A stretch of 64,000 nucleotides of DNA, from assembly GCA_048886685.1 (NCBI GenBank), contig JBHLKM010000012.1, forward strand, positions 577-64,576. The letters are read 5' to 3'. This document shows positions 27,386 to 37,279 of this stretch, one piece after another (the stretch's first letter is position 1; every line of letters starts with the position of its first letter). The notes under the pieces were generated by a model. It was not told the origin of the DNA, did not search any database, and saw nothing but the letters and a program-made list of their open reading frames with translations. The position numbers and the translations under genes were made by a program. Source of the stretch: Candidatus Hodarchaeota archaeon. Lineage in GTDB: Archaea > Asgardarchaeota > Lokiarchaeia > Sigyniarchaeales > SOKP01.

Positions 27386-27592
27386 ATGAGTATTGACCAG
27401 CTTGAAGAACAGAAAGAAGAATTATTGGACAAAATAGAAGCCCTTGAAGAAAAATGCGATACTTTAGAGCTGTGTGAGGAGCCTGATGGTTGTGAAAAAT
27501 GCGAGAATTATGCGGAAATAGAATCACTTTCTGCTAAGGTGGAAGAAATAGAAGATAAAATCGAGGAATTAATGGGAGAAGATGAAGAATAA
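27386..27592 (+). CDS. small acidic coiled-coil protein with a Cys pair cluster
   Basis: 68 aa, very E/D rich, with CDTLELCEEPDGCEKCENY in the centre. Confidence 0.35.
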   Translation: MSIDQLEEQKEELLDKIEALEEKCDTLELCEEPDGCEKCENYAEIESLSAKVEEIEDKIEELMGEDEE

Positions 27593-27679
27593 GTAGATAA
27601 TATCAAAAAAAATTAGTAAAAATTATATTTTCATTTCTTTTCTTATTTATTGTTTTCTTTTTCTAAAAAAATAGGTTTT

Positions 27680-28981
27680 TTATAGGTTTTTGAATAATCT
27701 TCTTAACCCGCGGGACATGATCAGTTGCTGGACTTGTTTTGTGCCTCCTACTACTTCTAATATCCGTGATACACCAACATAATCATGCATCAAGGTATTA
27801 TCGCATACACCTGCACCACCCATCAAATTAGCAGTTTCAAAACATACTTCCTTTGCCAAAGAAGCACAGTTGTATTTATATTGACTTGCTGAAGAAACCA
27901 TAGATTGGGATATATGATCTGGCAATTGACCCTTATATTTTTCATTTTTTGCATCATAGGTTTCTGCAAACTTTAAAACTCCATGAGTCATTCCAGTTGT
28001 TCTAGCCCATAAATCTGCTAATGAAAATCCAACTCCTTGAAAAAGTAGTATCTCTTTATCAAATTGCCTTCGCATATTAGCATAAATCACTGCGTGGGCT
28101 AGTGCTCCCCAGCAAGCACTAATACATCTTACTGCTATTGCTATTCTTTCAGGAATCAATCCTTCAAAAAGATGTTCTCTTCCTTTCCCAATCCCTCCTA
28201 AAACGTATTCTTTTGGAATTTTTAGATCCTGAAGATACTCTTTTCCTATAAACAATTTAGGTGTCCAAGGAATGTTAACTCGCTCACAGGTCCATCCGGT
28301 CCAAGACGTATTAATTAAAAACTGGGCCATTAAATTTCCTTGGTTTTGTTCAGCAGTAGCATAGGAAACAGCCCATTTCGCCTTTGGAGCATTTGTATTA
28401 AAGATTTTAGTACCGTTGAGAATAAAAGAACCGTCTTCTTGCGCTTCACATGTGGTTAGCTGGTGTACAGCGTCAGAACCTCTTTCCGGTTCTGTAATTA
28501 ATAAACATCCTACTTCTTGACCTGTGACAAGTTCCTTCAGAGCCTCTAATCTCACTGGAATATTTTCATGATGGGCATAAATAGGATTAAGACAAATAAC
28601 AGTCGCACCAGTACTCATCGCAAATTGAGGATCAAAATTATCCAAACCAAGGATTCGCATAAATTCTATTGCCATTCCATAATCTTCATAATTTAAATCT
28701 ATACACTCATAAGGAGTTTGACGGGTTATGTATCCTTCTTTGCCAAAATCAGGAACCCAATCATAAATATCCTCATCGGGTCCATGTGTTATTTTATTTA
28801 TGGCTTCATACTCCAGACAGAATTTTTGAACTTGTTCAAGAAAGCGAAATTGCTGATTGGATAAAATTACTCTTAGGTTATCCTTCACAAACTTATATCT
28901 GTTTTCAAGGCTCAATTTTTCTAAAATCTCGTCGTTTATTACTTGAGTTTCAAATCGCTTGATTTCATTCATTTCAATCAA
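27680..28981 (-). CDS. acyl-CoA dehydrogenase family protein (paralog A)
   Basis: ITEPERGSDAVHQL (middle domain) and C-terminal GGAGVCDNTLMHDYVGVSRILEVVGGTKQVQ. The position of the MCAD-type catalytic Glu (YEGT) reads VGGT. Confidence 0.75.
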   Translation of the reverse strand: MIEMNEIKRFETQVINDEILEKLSLENRYKFVKDNLRVILSNQQFRFLEQVQKFCLEYEAINKITHGPDEDIYDWVPDFGKEGYITRQTPYECIDLNYEDYGMAIEFMRILGLDNFDPQFAMSTGATVICLNPIYAHHENIPVRLEALKELVTGQEVGCLLITEPERGSDAVHQLTTCEAQEDGSFILNGTKIFNTNAPKAKWAVSYATAEQNQGNLMAQFLINTSWTGWTCERVNIPWTPKLFIGKEYLQDLKIPKEYVLGGIGKGREHLFEGLIPERIAIAVRCISACWGALAHAVIYANMRRQFDKEILLFQGVGFSLADLWARTTGMTHGVLKFAETYDAKNEKYKGQLPDHISQSMVSSASQYKYNCASLAKEVCFETANLMGGAGVCDNTLMHDYVGVSRILEVVGGTKQVQQLIMSRGLRRLFKNL

Positions 28982-29029
28982 TTATTCAGAGTTCTATTTT
29001 TTATAATGTTAATTTGAATTATTTATTTC

Positions 29030-31273
29030 TTATTTTGGAACTAATTTAAAATTACCCTCCAAGTTCTTTAGGATTTTATCTCTCGTAAATAACAAAGGAA
29101 TGTATTTTCCTTTTACCCATAATTTCATTAAATCATTATAATGCTTATGGAAAGGTAATCCTACTTGTCCTCCAGGAATTATTCCTATAGATTTATCCCA
29201 ATCAGATAAATCGTGAATTTGGCGATATGATGGTCCTACAATAACTTCAAAATCATTAAGTGGATCATAAAACCCATTATTAAGCGTGTTACCATCTCCT
29301 CCAATTTTAAAAGGACCTATATTTAACATTTTAGCTTCTTCATTAGCTTGAGAGAATGGATGAGTGAGGGTCACTTTATGTAAATTTCCCCATTTCCATT
29401 TAGTAAAATCTGAAGAGAATTTGTCTGTTAAGATCTCAATTGTTTTTTCAAATGCAGTAAATAAAGCTTGTTCAAGTTGATCAACTTTTTCATCATATAA
29501 TTTAAAAAGCCTTTGAAGTTCAAATGGATTTGATGTTAAATAAATATCGAAAAGTTCAATGCCGATTAAAGGAACTAGAATAGTTCTTAAGGTTTCTTGA
29601 TACCAAATTCTGTAAATCGTACCAGCGACACTATTTTTTGTTAAAAAATAATCCCAATTTTCTAATAGCGAAATAAGTTCCTTATGTTTCTCTGTATGTA
29701 TTTTGGTTTTTACATATTTCAACATAGTAGGAAGCAATTCTTGAGCTTCTTCTGTAAAAAGATCGAGTTGGTAATTTTTAAAATCCTGGATTGAGAATCT
29801 TTCTTTTGACTGGAGTAAGCTTTTAATTCTCATTTGACGGTAGGGTTTGGCTCGATCCTGTGCTATTAATACACCATTAGCAGCTTTGTTTTCGTTATAG
29901 TTTGCTGTGTAAACGAATCCATGCTCGGGATTAAATATTGAAAACATTTTTTCAAAAGGTACTAATCCTCTCCATTCATATTTCTCATCTGTACCAGGAG
30001 TCACGGTAGCTCCATCCCCATATTTTCGTAAGGGGAGTGCTCCTCCATGCTGGTGTCCAATGTTACCATCTATATCACCATATAAAAAATTTTGGGGTGT
30101 TATTGTCATTTTACTCATAGCTTCCCGAAATTCACTCCAATTAGAAGCAACATTTATCATTCTAAAACCCTCTATAGTTTCTTCCAGATTTACTTTATAA
30201 CTCGTCCAGCATAAAGCATATTTTTCTGAAAGTTTAATTTTGTAGACTTTTGTTTGGAGTTCAATATATTCGACAACTGGGCCAAATCTGGAAAGTTTCA
30301 CCTTAAAATCAATAGGTTGGTTGCCATCTTGAACTTTAATAGGTTCATCAATAACTTCAAAATCGACCCATTTCCCACTATATTTGTATTGATTTTCATT
30401 CTCAGGATTTATTTCAAGTTTAAAAAGATCAACATTATCCGATGTTACTGTTGTTGCTCCCCACGCAATATTTTCATTATGTCCTAACACTACACTAGGT
30501 ACTCCAGGGAACGAAGAACCAATAGCATTTAAATCCGGACAGCTTAAATGCATAAGGATCCAAATCGCAGGAAGAGAGAGTGGTAAATGTGGATCATTTG
30601 CGAATAATACTGCTCCCGATTCTGATTTTTGTGGGCTAACAACCCAACCATTACTACCTTTTGCGTTTTCTACTTTTGCACCAGAATAAAGAGGAATAAT
30701 TTTATCTGTCATCTCAGGACCCAAATCCATAATCAATTGTTCACGTAATAACTCTAAAGTATAACTCCAGCCTCCTAATCCCCACTCTATAAAGCTCATA
30801 ATTCTAAGGGAATCTTCTAAGGTCCATTCTTGAAGTTTAATATTTAAAATAGTAAACTCGATAGGCGGATTTTGAATCACTTTTTCAATACCAGCATTCA
30901 CTCCTCTAACATATGAATTTAAACCTTGCAAAATTTCATTATTAGGGTCTTTCCTCAGATTTGCTGCACATTTTTTCGCAATTCGATGCAAACCTATTAT
31001 TCTATAATGCTTATCTCTATCTACTGTAGCTTCTCCAACGATTTCTGATAGTGTTCCTGAAGTAATTCTCCTAAAGAACTCTAGTTGCCACAATCTATGA
31101 CTTGCATGTATATATCCTTGAGTAAAATATGCATCATCAACCGAGTTTGCATAGATATGCGGGATACCCCATTTATCCCACAAAATTTCAACCTCATCCT
31201 GAATTCCCTTTAGTTTTTCTGAGCCAGATATGGATGGATACGATTTTTTTACAATGTTAAGTAATTCTTCCAT
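29030..31273 (-). CDS. penicillin acylase family (S45) Ntn-hydrolase
   Basis: WDKWGIPHIYANSVDDAYFTQGYIHASHRLWQLEFFRR in the alpha chain. Beta-chain nucleophile context GSNGWVVSPQKSESG. Confidence 0.9.
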   Translation of the reverse strand: MEELLNIVKKSYPSISGSEKLKGIQDEVEILWDKWGIPHIYANSVDDAYFTQGYIHASHRLWQLEFFRRITSGTLSEIVGEATVDRDKHYRIIGLHRIAKKCAANLRKDPNNEILQGLNSYVRGVNAGIEKVIQNPPIEFTILNIKLQEWTLEDSLRIMSFIEWGLGGWSYTLELLREQLIMDLGPEMTDKIIPLYSGAKVENAKGSNGWVVSPQKSESGAVLFANDPHLPLSLPAIWILMHLSCPDLNAIGSSFPGVPSVVLGHNENIAWGATTVTSDNVDLFKLEINPENENQYKYSGKWVDFEVIDEPIKVQDGNQPIDFKVKLSRFGPVVEYIELQTKVYKIKLSEKYALCWTSYKVNLEETIEGFRMINVASNWSEFREAMSKMTITPQNFLYGDIDGNIGHQHGGALPLRKYGDGATVTPGTDEKYEWRGLVPFEKMFSIFNPEHGFVYTANYNENKAANGVLIAQDRAKPYRQMRIKSLLQSKERFSIQDFKNYQLDLFTEEAQELLPTMLKYVKTKIHTEKHKELISLLENWDYFLTKNSVAGTIYRIWYQETLRTILVPLIGIELFDIYLTSNPFELQRLFKLYDEKVDQLEQALFTAFEKTIEILTDKFSSDFTKWKWGNLHKVTLTHPFSQANEEAKMLNIGPFKIGGDGNTLNNGFYDPLNDFEVIVGPSYRQIHDLSDWDKSIGIIPGGQVGLPFHKHYNDLMKLWVKGKYIPLLFTRDKILKNLEGNFKLVPK

Positions 31274-31428
31274 CCTAAATCACATTTAATATTAATATTA
31301 CTAAATTACTTTCTAAAAAGGTACAATGAATTAAAAGGAGATTCAAATAATTTTTTTTAAAATTAGATTTTTAAGTATAATTAATACATTAAGGTAAGAA
31401 CCATTATATCATCAATAAAAACACTAAC

Positions 31429-33393
31429 CTACGCTATAACCGGGATACTTTTATCTATAAAGATTTTAGTTACCAAAAGCTCAAGAGAAGGGATATCCTT
31501 TATTTGAATTTCTTTGCTCAAACGGTCATAATCCCTAAAAGTCTGCCAAGTATCCTTATCATCTTGTAATTGCTCAATAAAATATCTAATCCTTTGTTGA
31601 GCAACATAAGATTGCCCCTTATATACGTAACACATTAAAAAAGGTGAAATCGAATTCATAAGGAGTGTATGTTCACCGAAAGTAGCACGATCAAGCCCTT
31701 CAGAGAATTTTTCATTAATAAATGAATTAATAGCGCTAAAAAAACCTCCAAAAAGGTAATCTTCAAAAGTATGGTCCCTTTTAAATGATTGAGAGAATAT
31801 CGGTGTCCCACCCTCTGAAACTATTAAAAGAAAGACTGGTTCTTCATTTAAAAGCACAGGAACTTCAACAGATCGTCTTCGGACTATATTATCCATCTGC
31901 TCATTTAATCGAGCAAATTCCATACGTTCCTTTAATGATGAAGTTGATTCTTTTAAGTTTTCCCACATATTTAATTGTTTAAGAAGTTGATCATGTTCAT
32001 TAGAAATTTTCATAGCTAACAATTTAATTCCATATCTTTCAGCAATCCGCTGGCCTTGAGTCAATAATCGTCGAGCTTCATTCAAATCCAATGATAATAA
32101 AGCTAATTTAGCTAATAAGAGGTAAGTTTCTCCCATAATCCAGTACGAATGCGATTTTTCAGAAAGTTCTAACAATTGACCGAGGAATTGGTTTAACTCA
32201 TCCAATACACCTAAGTCATTAGTCATACGTAACTCAGTTAGGAGCATTTCACATAAATTAATTAATGCCGTATAGGTTTCATCATGAGTTAAATTCTCAT
32301 TTTCAAGGAGTTGGATTAATATTTCTTTAGCTTTACCTCGATCGCGAGCTTTAAGACTAACTTTCAATAATAGAGCTTTATCAAGAAGATACATTATATC
32401 CATTTGCTTATCTTTTAATTGGGTATTCAATCGCTCCAAATCGTTAAGAGTTTGTCGTGCTCGTTCAAGATCTCCCCTTTCAATTAATATTTGAATTAAA
32501 AAGTCGTGGTTATTAGCTAGGGATCTTAAGGATCCTAACTCACGATTTAGTTCCATAGCTAATTCCATACAGTCTAACGCACGATCCAAATCTCCGTTCA
32601 TACTATAATCGAAAGATAAATTATTAAGAATGTCTGTCATACCATATTTATTGTTGAGTTCCTTGAAAAGTTCTAAACCTTGCTCATTAGTTTCTATACA
32701 ACGATCTAATTCTCCTAAAGAAGCATATATAAGCGCCATAACGTGAGAATTAGATGCGATGTAATATTTTTTTCGACTTTCTCTAGCAAAAGATGCACTT
32801 CGCTCGGAATATTTTAAGGCACGATCCATTTCACCTTTATAAATCAATAGATTCCATGCTATCTGATCAAGGGATTCGGCAATTTCATGCTGAATCCCCA
32901 ATTCTTCTCGCATTACTAAGCTGTGTCCCAAATGTTTTAATGCCAGATCTGCATCATTTTGATCTCTTCTTCTATTGTAATAATATCCTTTTATAAAAGC
33001 TAAATAAGCCTTTCTTTGCTTGTAGGCTTTTGTTAATTCTTGTGAAAATGATTCAATCAGTTCTTCTCCTTGCTTAATCAAATCAACAGCTTTGTCAAAT
33101 CTATCAAGTTTTACTAATGTATATGCCATTATAAGTAAGTTGTCGACTATAAAGAGATTACTCTCCCTTCCTCTGCTTTCTTTATCCATTTTTTCAGCAC
33201 GCTTAATAAGCTCTTTAAGCTTACCCTGCCAAAAAAGAATTTGACATTGAAGTAGATGGCAGGATGCTTTATCATGATGATTAAGCCCTTCCTTCTGCGC
33301 GTAATTATTCAAGAATGTTAGAGCTTCATCGAGTTTACCTTCATCAATGAGATTTTCTGCTCGAATTAATTCCTTAGCTTCTAATTTAGTCAT
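31429..33393 (-). CDS. TPR-repeat protein with C-terminal longin/roadblock-like domain (paralog of 8348..10276)
   Basis: Same architecture as the paralog. The C-terminal domain is VFLLIVSEGGTPIFSQSF...LFGGFFSAINSFINEKF...LLMNSISPFLMCYVYKGQSY. Confidence 0.5.
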   Translation of the reverse strand: MTKLEAKELIRAENLIDEGKLDEALTFLNNYAQKEGLNHHDKASCHLLQCQILFWQGKLKELIKRAEKMDKESRGRESNLFIVDNLLIMAYTLVKLDRFDKAVDLIKQGEELIESFSQELTKAYKQRKAYLAFIKGYYYNRRRDQNDADLALKHLGHSLVMREELGIQHEIAESLDQIAWNLLIYKGEMDRALKYSERSASFARESRKKYYIASNSHVMALIYASLGELDRCIETNEQGLELFKELNNKYGMTDILNNLSFDYSMNGDLDRALDCMELAMELNRELGSLRSLANNHDFLIQILIERGDLERARQTLNDLERLNTQLKDKQMDIMYLLDKALLLKVSLKARDRGKAKEILIQLLENENLTHDETYTALINLCEMLLTELRMTNDLGVLDELNQFLGQLLELSEKSHSYWIMGETYLLLAKLALLSLDLNEARRLLTQGQRIAERYGIKLLAMKISNEHDQLLKQLNMWENLKESTSSLKERMEFARLNEQMDNIVRRRSVEVPVLLNEEPVFLLIVSEGGTPIFSQSFKRDHTFEDYLFGGFFSAINSFINEKFSEGLDRATFGEHTLLMNSISPFLMCYVYKGQSYVAQQRIRYFIEQLQDDKDTWQTFRDYDRLSKEIQIKDIPSLELLVTKIFIDKSIPVIA

Positions 33394-33527
33394 ATATTTT
33401 TCCAGAAACTATATATTTAAAAACTTGGATTATAACTTTTTAAATACTATTACTGAAATAAGCTAATTATAGTTTTAAATGTAATTAAAAAAAATCAAAT
33501 ATCTAGCGATTTAACCTTTTAAGGTTA

Positions 33528-34322
33528 TCACTTCCTCCCTATCATTTGTATATGACCACTTAAACCAATAATAGAAGGATCTTTGTTGAATGTTATTTCA
33601 AGTTCAAATATTTTATTATAAAACTTCTCATCAGATAATAACTCATTTAATTTTTCCCTTTGTATGAATCTACTAAAGACTAATTTGCCAATAACTTCAA
33701 TTACTACTAATCCAGTCTTTTCAAACATATCTTTAAGTTCTTTAATTGTAAAATTATACTGAGGGAATCCTCCTGGAAACTCAGATAGATGATTTTCTAA
33801 ATATGGCTTGATTTTTTCAAAATCATTATTTACTATTAGCCGAACGAGTTGAGAGTAGAAACTATCAATTGAAATACTTACATAAGCGCCTGCTTTTGCA
33901 ACTCTATATAATTCCTCAATTGCCTTTTGTGGATTGCCACAATATCCAACAGGATCTCCTTGAGCTAATACCATATCAAACGAGTCATTCTCAAAACAGT
34001 TCATATCTGTAATATCAGCATATCTAAACTCAATATTCTTTTCAAGATTTTCCTTTTCAGCTAGTTTTAAACCAACATCTAACATCCTTTGGGCTACATC
34101 AGAACATACAACATAAAAATTTTGTTTTGCTAATTTACGAGACCAATAGCCTGTTCCACCCCCAGCATCAAGAATTCTAGCATCCTTCTTTTTAGGGAGA
34201 TATTTTTTAATATTATGCCAAGTTACATCAAAATATAATCGCCAATAAGGCTCTGAATATGATGCTTCATACTCTTCGGCAATTTTGTTATGATAAATAG
34301 TAGATTTCGTTTTTTTTCCCAT
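33528..34322 (-). CDS. class I SAM-dependent methyltransferase
   Basis: Motif I ILDAGGGTGYWS. Acidic residue after beta2 (VCSDVA). DMVLAQGD segment. Confidence 0.75.
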   Translation of the reverse strand: MGKKTKSTIYHNKIAEEYEASYSEPYWRLYFDVTWHNIKKYLPKKKDARILDAGGGTGYWSRKLAKQNFYVVCSDVAQRMLDVGLKLAEKENLEKNIEFRYADITDMNCFENDSFDMVLAQGDPVGYCGNPQKAIEELYRVAKAGAYVSISIDSFYSQLVRLIVNNDFEKIKPYLENHLSEFPGGFPQYNFTIKELKDMFEKTGLVVIEVIGKLVFSRFIQREKLNELLSDEKFYNKIFELEITFNKDPSIIGLSGHIQMIGRK

Positions 34323-34512
34323 ATTATCACCACTTTATGAATTTGAAAAGATTCACGATAATAAAAGTATAACTTAGTTTTATAAGCACCCCCATTTCTG
34401 GAAATTTTACTCGAATTACATCTCTAATTCATTCATAAATAGATTTACATTCTTGAGTAATAGCTCAATTCCATTCTAAAAGTTAAAATAAAAAAAAAAG
34501 AAAATAAGTACT

Positions 34513-35796
34513 TTAAAGCATTTTAAATAGTTGTCTCATGGCCATTGACATCACATATTGTTGGATTTGTCTCGAACCACCAACTATTTCCTGAATTCTT
34601 GAAATGTTTACATAATCATGCATCATTGTATTGTCACTTAACCCAGCACCACCCATCAAATTAGCAGCTTCATAACAAACTTCCTTTGAAAGATTTGTAC
34701 AATGATATTTGAATTGGCTTGCTGATGCAACCATCGCTCTACTAATATTACCAGGTATTTCTCCCCCAAATTTCTCCATCTTATTATCATATTCTTCACA
34801 GAATTTTAATATGCCTAGAGTAAGGTTGGTAGTTCTAGCCCATAAATCGGTTAATAAAAAACCTACACCTTGAAATTTTAAAATTTCTTGATCGAATTGC
34901 TTTCTCATATTTGCATAGATTGACGCATGAGATACAGCTCCCCAACATTGGGCTATAGCTCCACATGCAATCCCTATTCGTTCAGGAACTAATCCTTCAA
35001 AGAGATATTCTCTCCCTTTACCTATTCCTCCTAAGACGTATTCTTTTGGTACTCTCAAATTTTCAAAGTGTTCGTGTCCTAGGTAAAGCTTTGGTACCCA
35101 AGGAATGTTAACCCGCTCGCAACTCCATCCAGGCCAAGATGTATTGATTAAAAATTGGGCCATGAGGTTTCCATTGTTTTTTTCAGCTGTAGCATATGCA
35201 ACCGCCCATTTGGCTTTCGGCGCATTGGTGTTATAAACCTTCTCACCATTGAGAATAAAACTTCCATCTTCTTGTTGATCACATACACTTAATTGATGTA
35301 CGGCATCTGAACCTCTCTCAGGTTCAGTTATGCATATACATCCAGAAGCCTGACCCGTTACTAAATCTTCCAACGCTTCAAGCCTTTCTGGAACGTTTTC
35401 ATGGTGTTCGAATATTGGGTTTATAGCTAAAACTGTAGCACCACTCCCCATCGCAAATTGTGTATCAAATATATCAATTGCTAAATATCTGAGAAAATCA
35501 GCCGTCAAACCATAATAATCATAATTTATATCAACCATCTCAAAGTTATGGGCTCTTGTTATATATCCTTCTGCCCCGAATGCTGGAATCCAATCATACA
35601 CATCTTCTTCCGGGCCATGAGTAATATTATTCTTCTTTTCGAACCTCAAGCAAAATTTCTGAACTTTTTTAAGGAATGAGAACTGTTCTGGTGATAAAAT
35701 AGCCATTAAATTGTTATTTACAAAATTATATCGATTCTTTAAGCTAAGCTTTTCTAATATTTCGTCATTAATAACTTGGTCCATATATTTAGACAT
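34513..35796 (-). CDS. acyl-CoA dehydrogenase family protein (paralog B)
   Basis: Collinear with 27680..28981 along its whole length (ITEPERGSDAVHQL, NLMAQFLINTSWPGW, EIVGGSRQIQ). Confidence 0.75.
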   Translation of the reverse strand: MSKYMDQVINDEILEKLSLKNRYNFVNNNLMAILSPEQFSFLKKVQKFCLRFEKKNNITHGPEEDVYDWIPAFGAEGYITRAHNFEMVDINYDYYGLTADFLRYLAIDIFDTQFAMGSGATVLAINPIFEHHENVPERLEALEDLVTGQASGCICITEPERGSDAVHQLSVCDQQEDGSFILNGEKVYNTNAPKAKWAVAYATAEKNNGNLMAQFLINTSWPGWSCERVNIPWVPKLYLGHEHFENLRVPKEYVLGGIGKGREYLFEGLVPERIGIACGAIAQCWGAVSHASIYANMRKQFDQEILKFQGVGFLLTDLWARTTNLTLGILKFCEEYDNKMEKFGGEIPGNISRAMVASASQFKYHCTNLSKEVCYEAANLMGGAGLSDNTMMHDYVNISRIQEIVGGSRQIQQYVMSMAMRQLFKML

Positions 35797-36025
35797 AAAT
35801 TAAACCCTTAATTAATTAAATTAAGACATATCAATTTTTATAAATCATAATTTTATTAATGAAATAAGTTCTTCACTAGTGAAAAAAGTCCATTACTTTT
35901 TAATTTTCGTTAATAATATGATAACAAAAGTTAATATTTTTGGGATAATTACTTCCAAGACTAAGCGTCTTCAGTTCTTTTAGCATATTCAGACTCTCAA
36001 TATCATAAATTTTATTCCCATCAAG

Positions 36026-36529
36026 ATGAAATTCAAAAATTATATATTTCCATATTTTTATTATGAATTAAAAGGGATTGAGAAAAAAGCCTTTTATGAA
36101 TATGATATTAAAAATGAGGTAAAAATGGTAGTTTTATGTAAAAGATGTGGGAGAGTTTTAAAATCAACAAAGAGTATAAAATTAGGTTATGGACCCACTT
36201 GTTATAGAATAAGTAAATTTCATGATAATGCTATTAATATTAACATAGAAGAAGAAATCAAATTCTTAAAAATAGAAATAAAAATGTTAAAAAAAATAAT
36301 AAGAGATATAAAAGCTAATAATTTTACATCCAATCAATCTATTCCAATACTAAGGATTAAAAAAGAGCATAGCAACTTAGAAAAAAATAGAAACAAAAGC
36401 CAAATGATTGAAGTAATTCAAGAATTAAAAAATTTATTTCAAAATTGTAATGGAGATATAAAAAACTTACTAAAACCAACCCAAATTGAAACATCTCTTA
36501 TTAAAAAATCCCAATTAGCTATACTTTAG
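36026..36529 (+). CDS. hypothetical protein with CxxC...GYGPxC motif (DUF6011-like, as seen in phage/mobile-element proteins) and coiled coil
   Basis: CKRCGRVLKSTKSIKLGYGPTCYRI. The probable real start is the ATG at 36125, preceded by GAGGT. Lies in an AT-rich region with low coding density. Confidence 0.35.
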   Translation: MKFKNYIFPYFYYELKGIEKKAFYEYDIKNEVKMVVLCKRCGRVLKSTKSIKLGYGPTCYRISKFHDNAININIEEEIKFLKIEIKMLKKIIRDIKANNFTSNQSIPILRIKKEHSNLEKNRNKSQMIEVIQELKNLFQNCNGDIKNLLKPTQIETSLIKKSQLAIL

Positions 36530-36658
36530 TACTCATATAATTAAATCTTTTTATTTTTATCTTTTTTTTTTAACTGAAATCTGAATAAAAAATTACTTGA
36601 TGAAGGAATAGACTAAAATATTTATGAACAAGAGATCAAAATTAGGTAAATATCTGGC

Positions 36659-36904
36659 TTATTTTAGCATTTTTGTGTGATTACCAACAAATTGATCATA
36701 GAGAAAAATTGATATATCATGATCTTCAACGATAACGGGAATATTTGAATTTTCATTTACCTTTTTATCGATTATTAAGTACTTTCGTAAAAATTCTAAT
36801 ATAAATTCATTTTCAAATTCCAAAAAATTTAACCTCCTTTTTAGATCAGCTACTTCTGCTTTTGGATAAAACCACTTTTTTCTTCTCTTCCTTAAACTTA
36901 GCAT
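36659..36904 (-). CDS. hypothetical protein
   Basis: 81-aa ORF with a basic N-terminus. No recognisable motif. Confidence 0.3.
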   Translation of the reverse strand: MLSLRKRRKKWFYPKAEVADLKRRLNFLEFENEFILEFLRKYLIIDKKVNENSNIPVIVEDHDISIFLYDQFVGNHTKMLK

Positions 36905-37279
36905 ACTTTCTCTCCCTAAATTTATTATTGAAATTTAATAGAAGTATATCGATATTTCGATATTTGTTGATAATATAATTTACTTTATTGTAAAATTATC
37001 ATACAATATATATTATAAAGGTTAACTTTTTCTTCAACTATTTATAAGCTTGATAAATAAATTTGTTATAAAACTTGAAAAACCTATACAAAATTCAATT
37101 TTAACTTGAAATTATGCTAAATTGGTACCAAAAGTTATGATTCTACTAATAGTTTTAATCCAACAACTGTTAGATATGTCATTCCAGAGAAGGGATTTTA
37201 TCTATTAATTGCGTCAGCCCAGATAGGTATGCCTGCCTCTAGCCTAGGAGGTTTCTATATATATTCTTATTCAGCAAAT

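Noticed and set aside
35940-36025. Minus-strand short reading (…LKELKTLSLGSNYPKNIN…) resembling a leucine-rich-repeat fragment.
   Set aside because: It is only about 28 codons, interrupted by stops in neighbouring frames. That is too short to separate from chance in AT-rich sequence.
37200-37262. Short GC-rich stretch (gcgtcagcccagataggtatgcctgcctctagcctaggagg), considered as a tRNA fragment or att site.
   Set aside because: No acceptor, D or T arm geometry can be drawn. It forms only a 5-6 bp hairpin (CCUCUAG...CUAGGAGG-type) just downstream of the stop of 37280..38032, so at most it is a 3' UTR structure.
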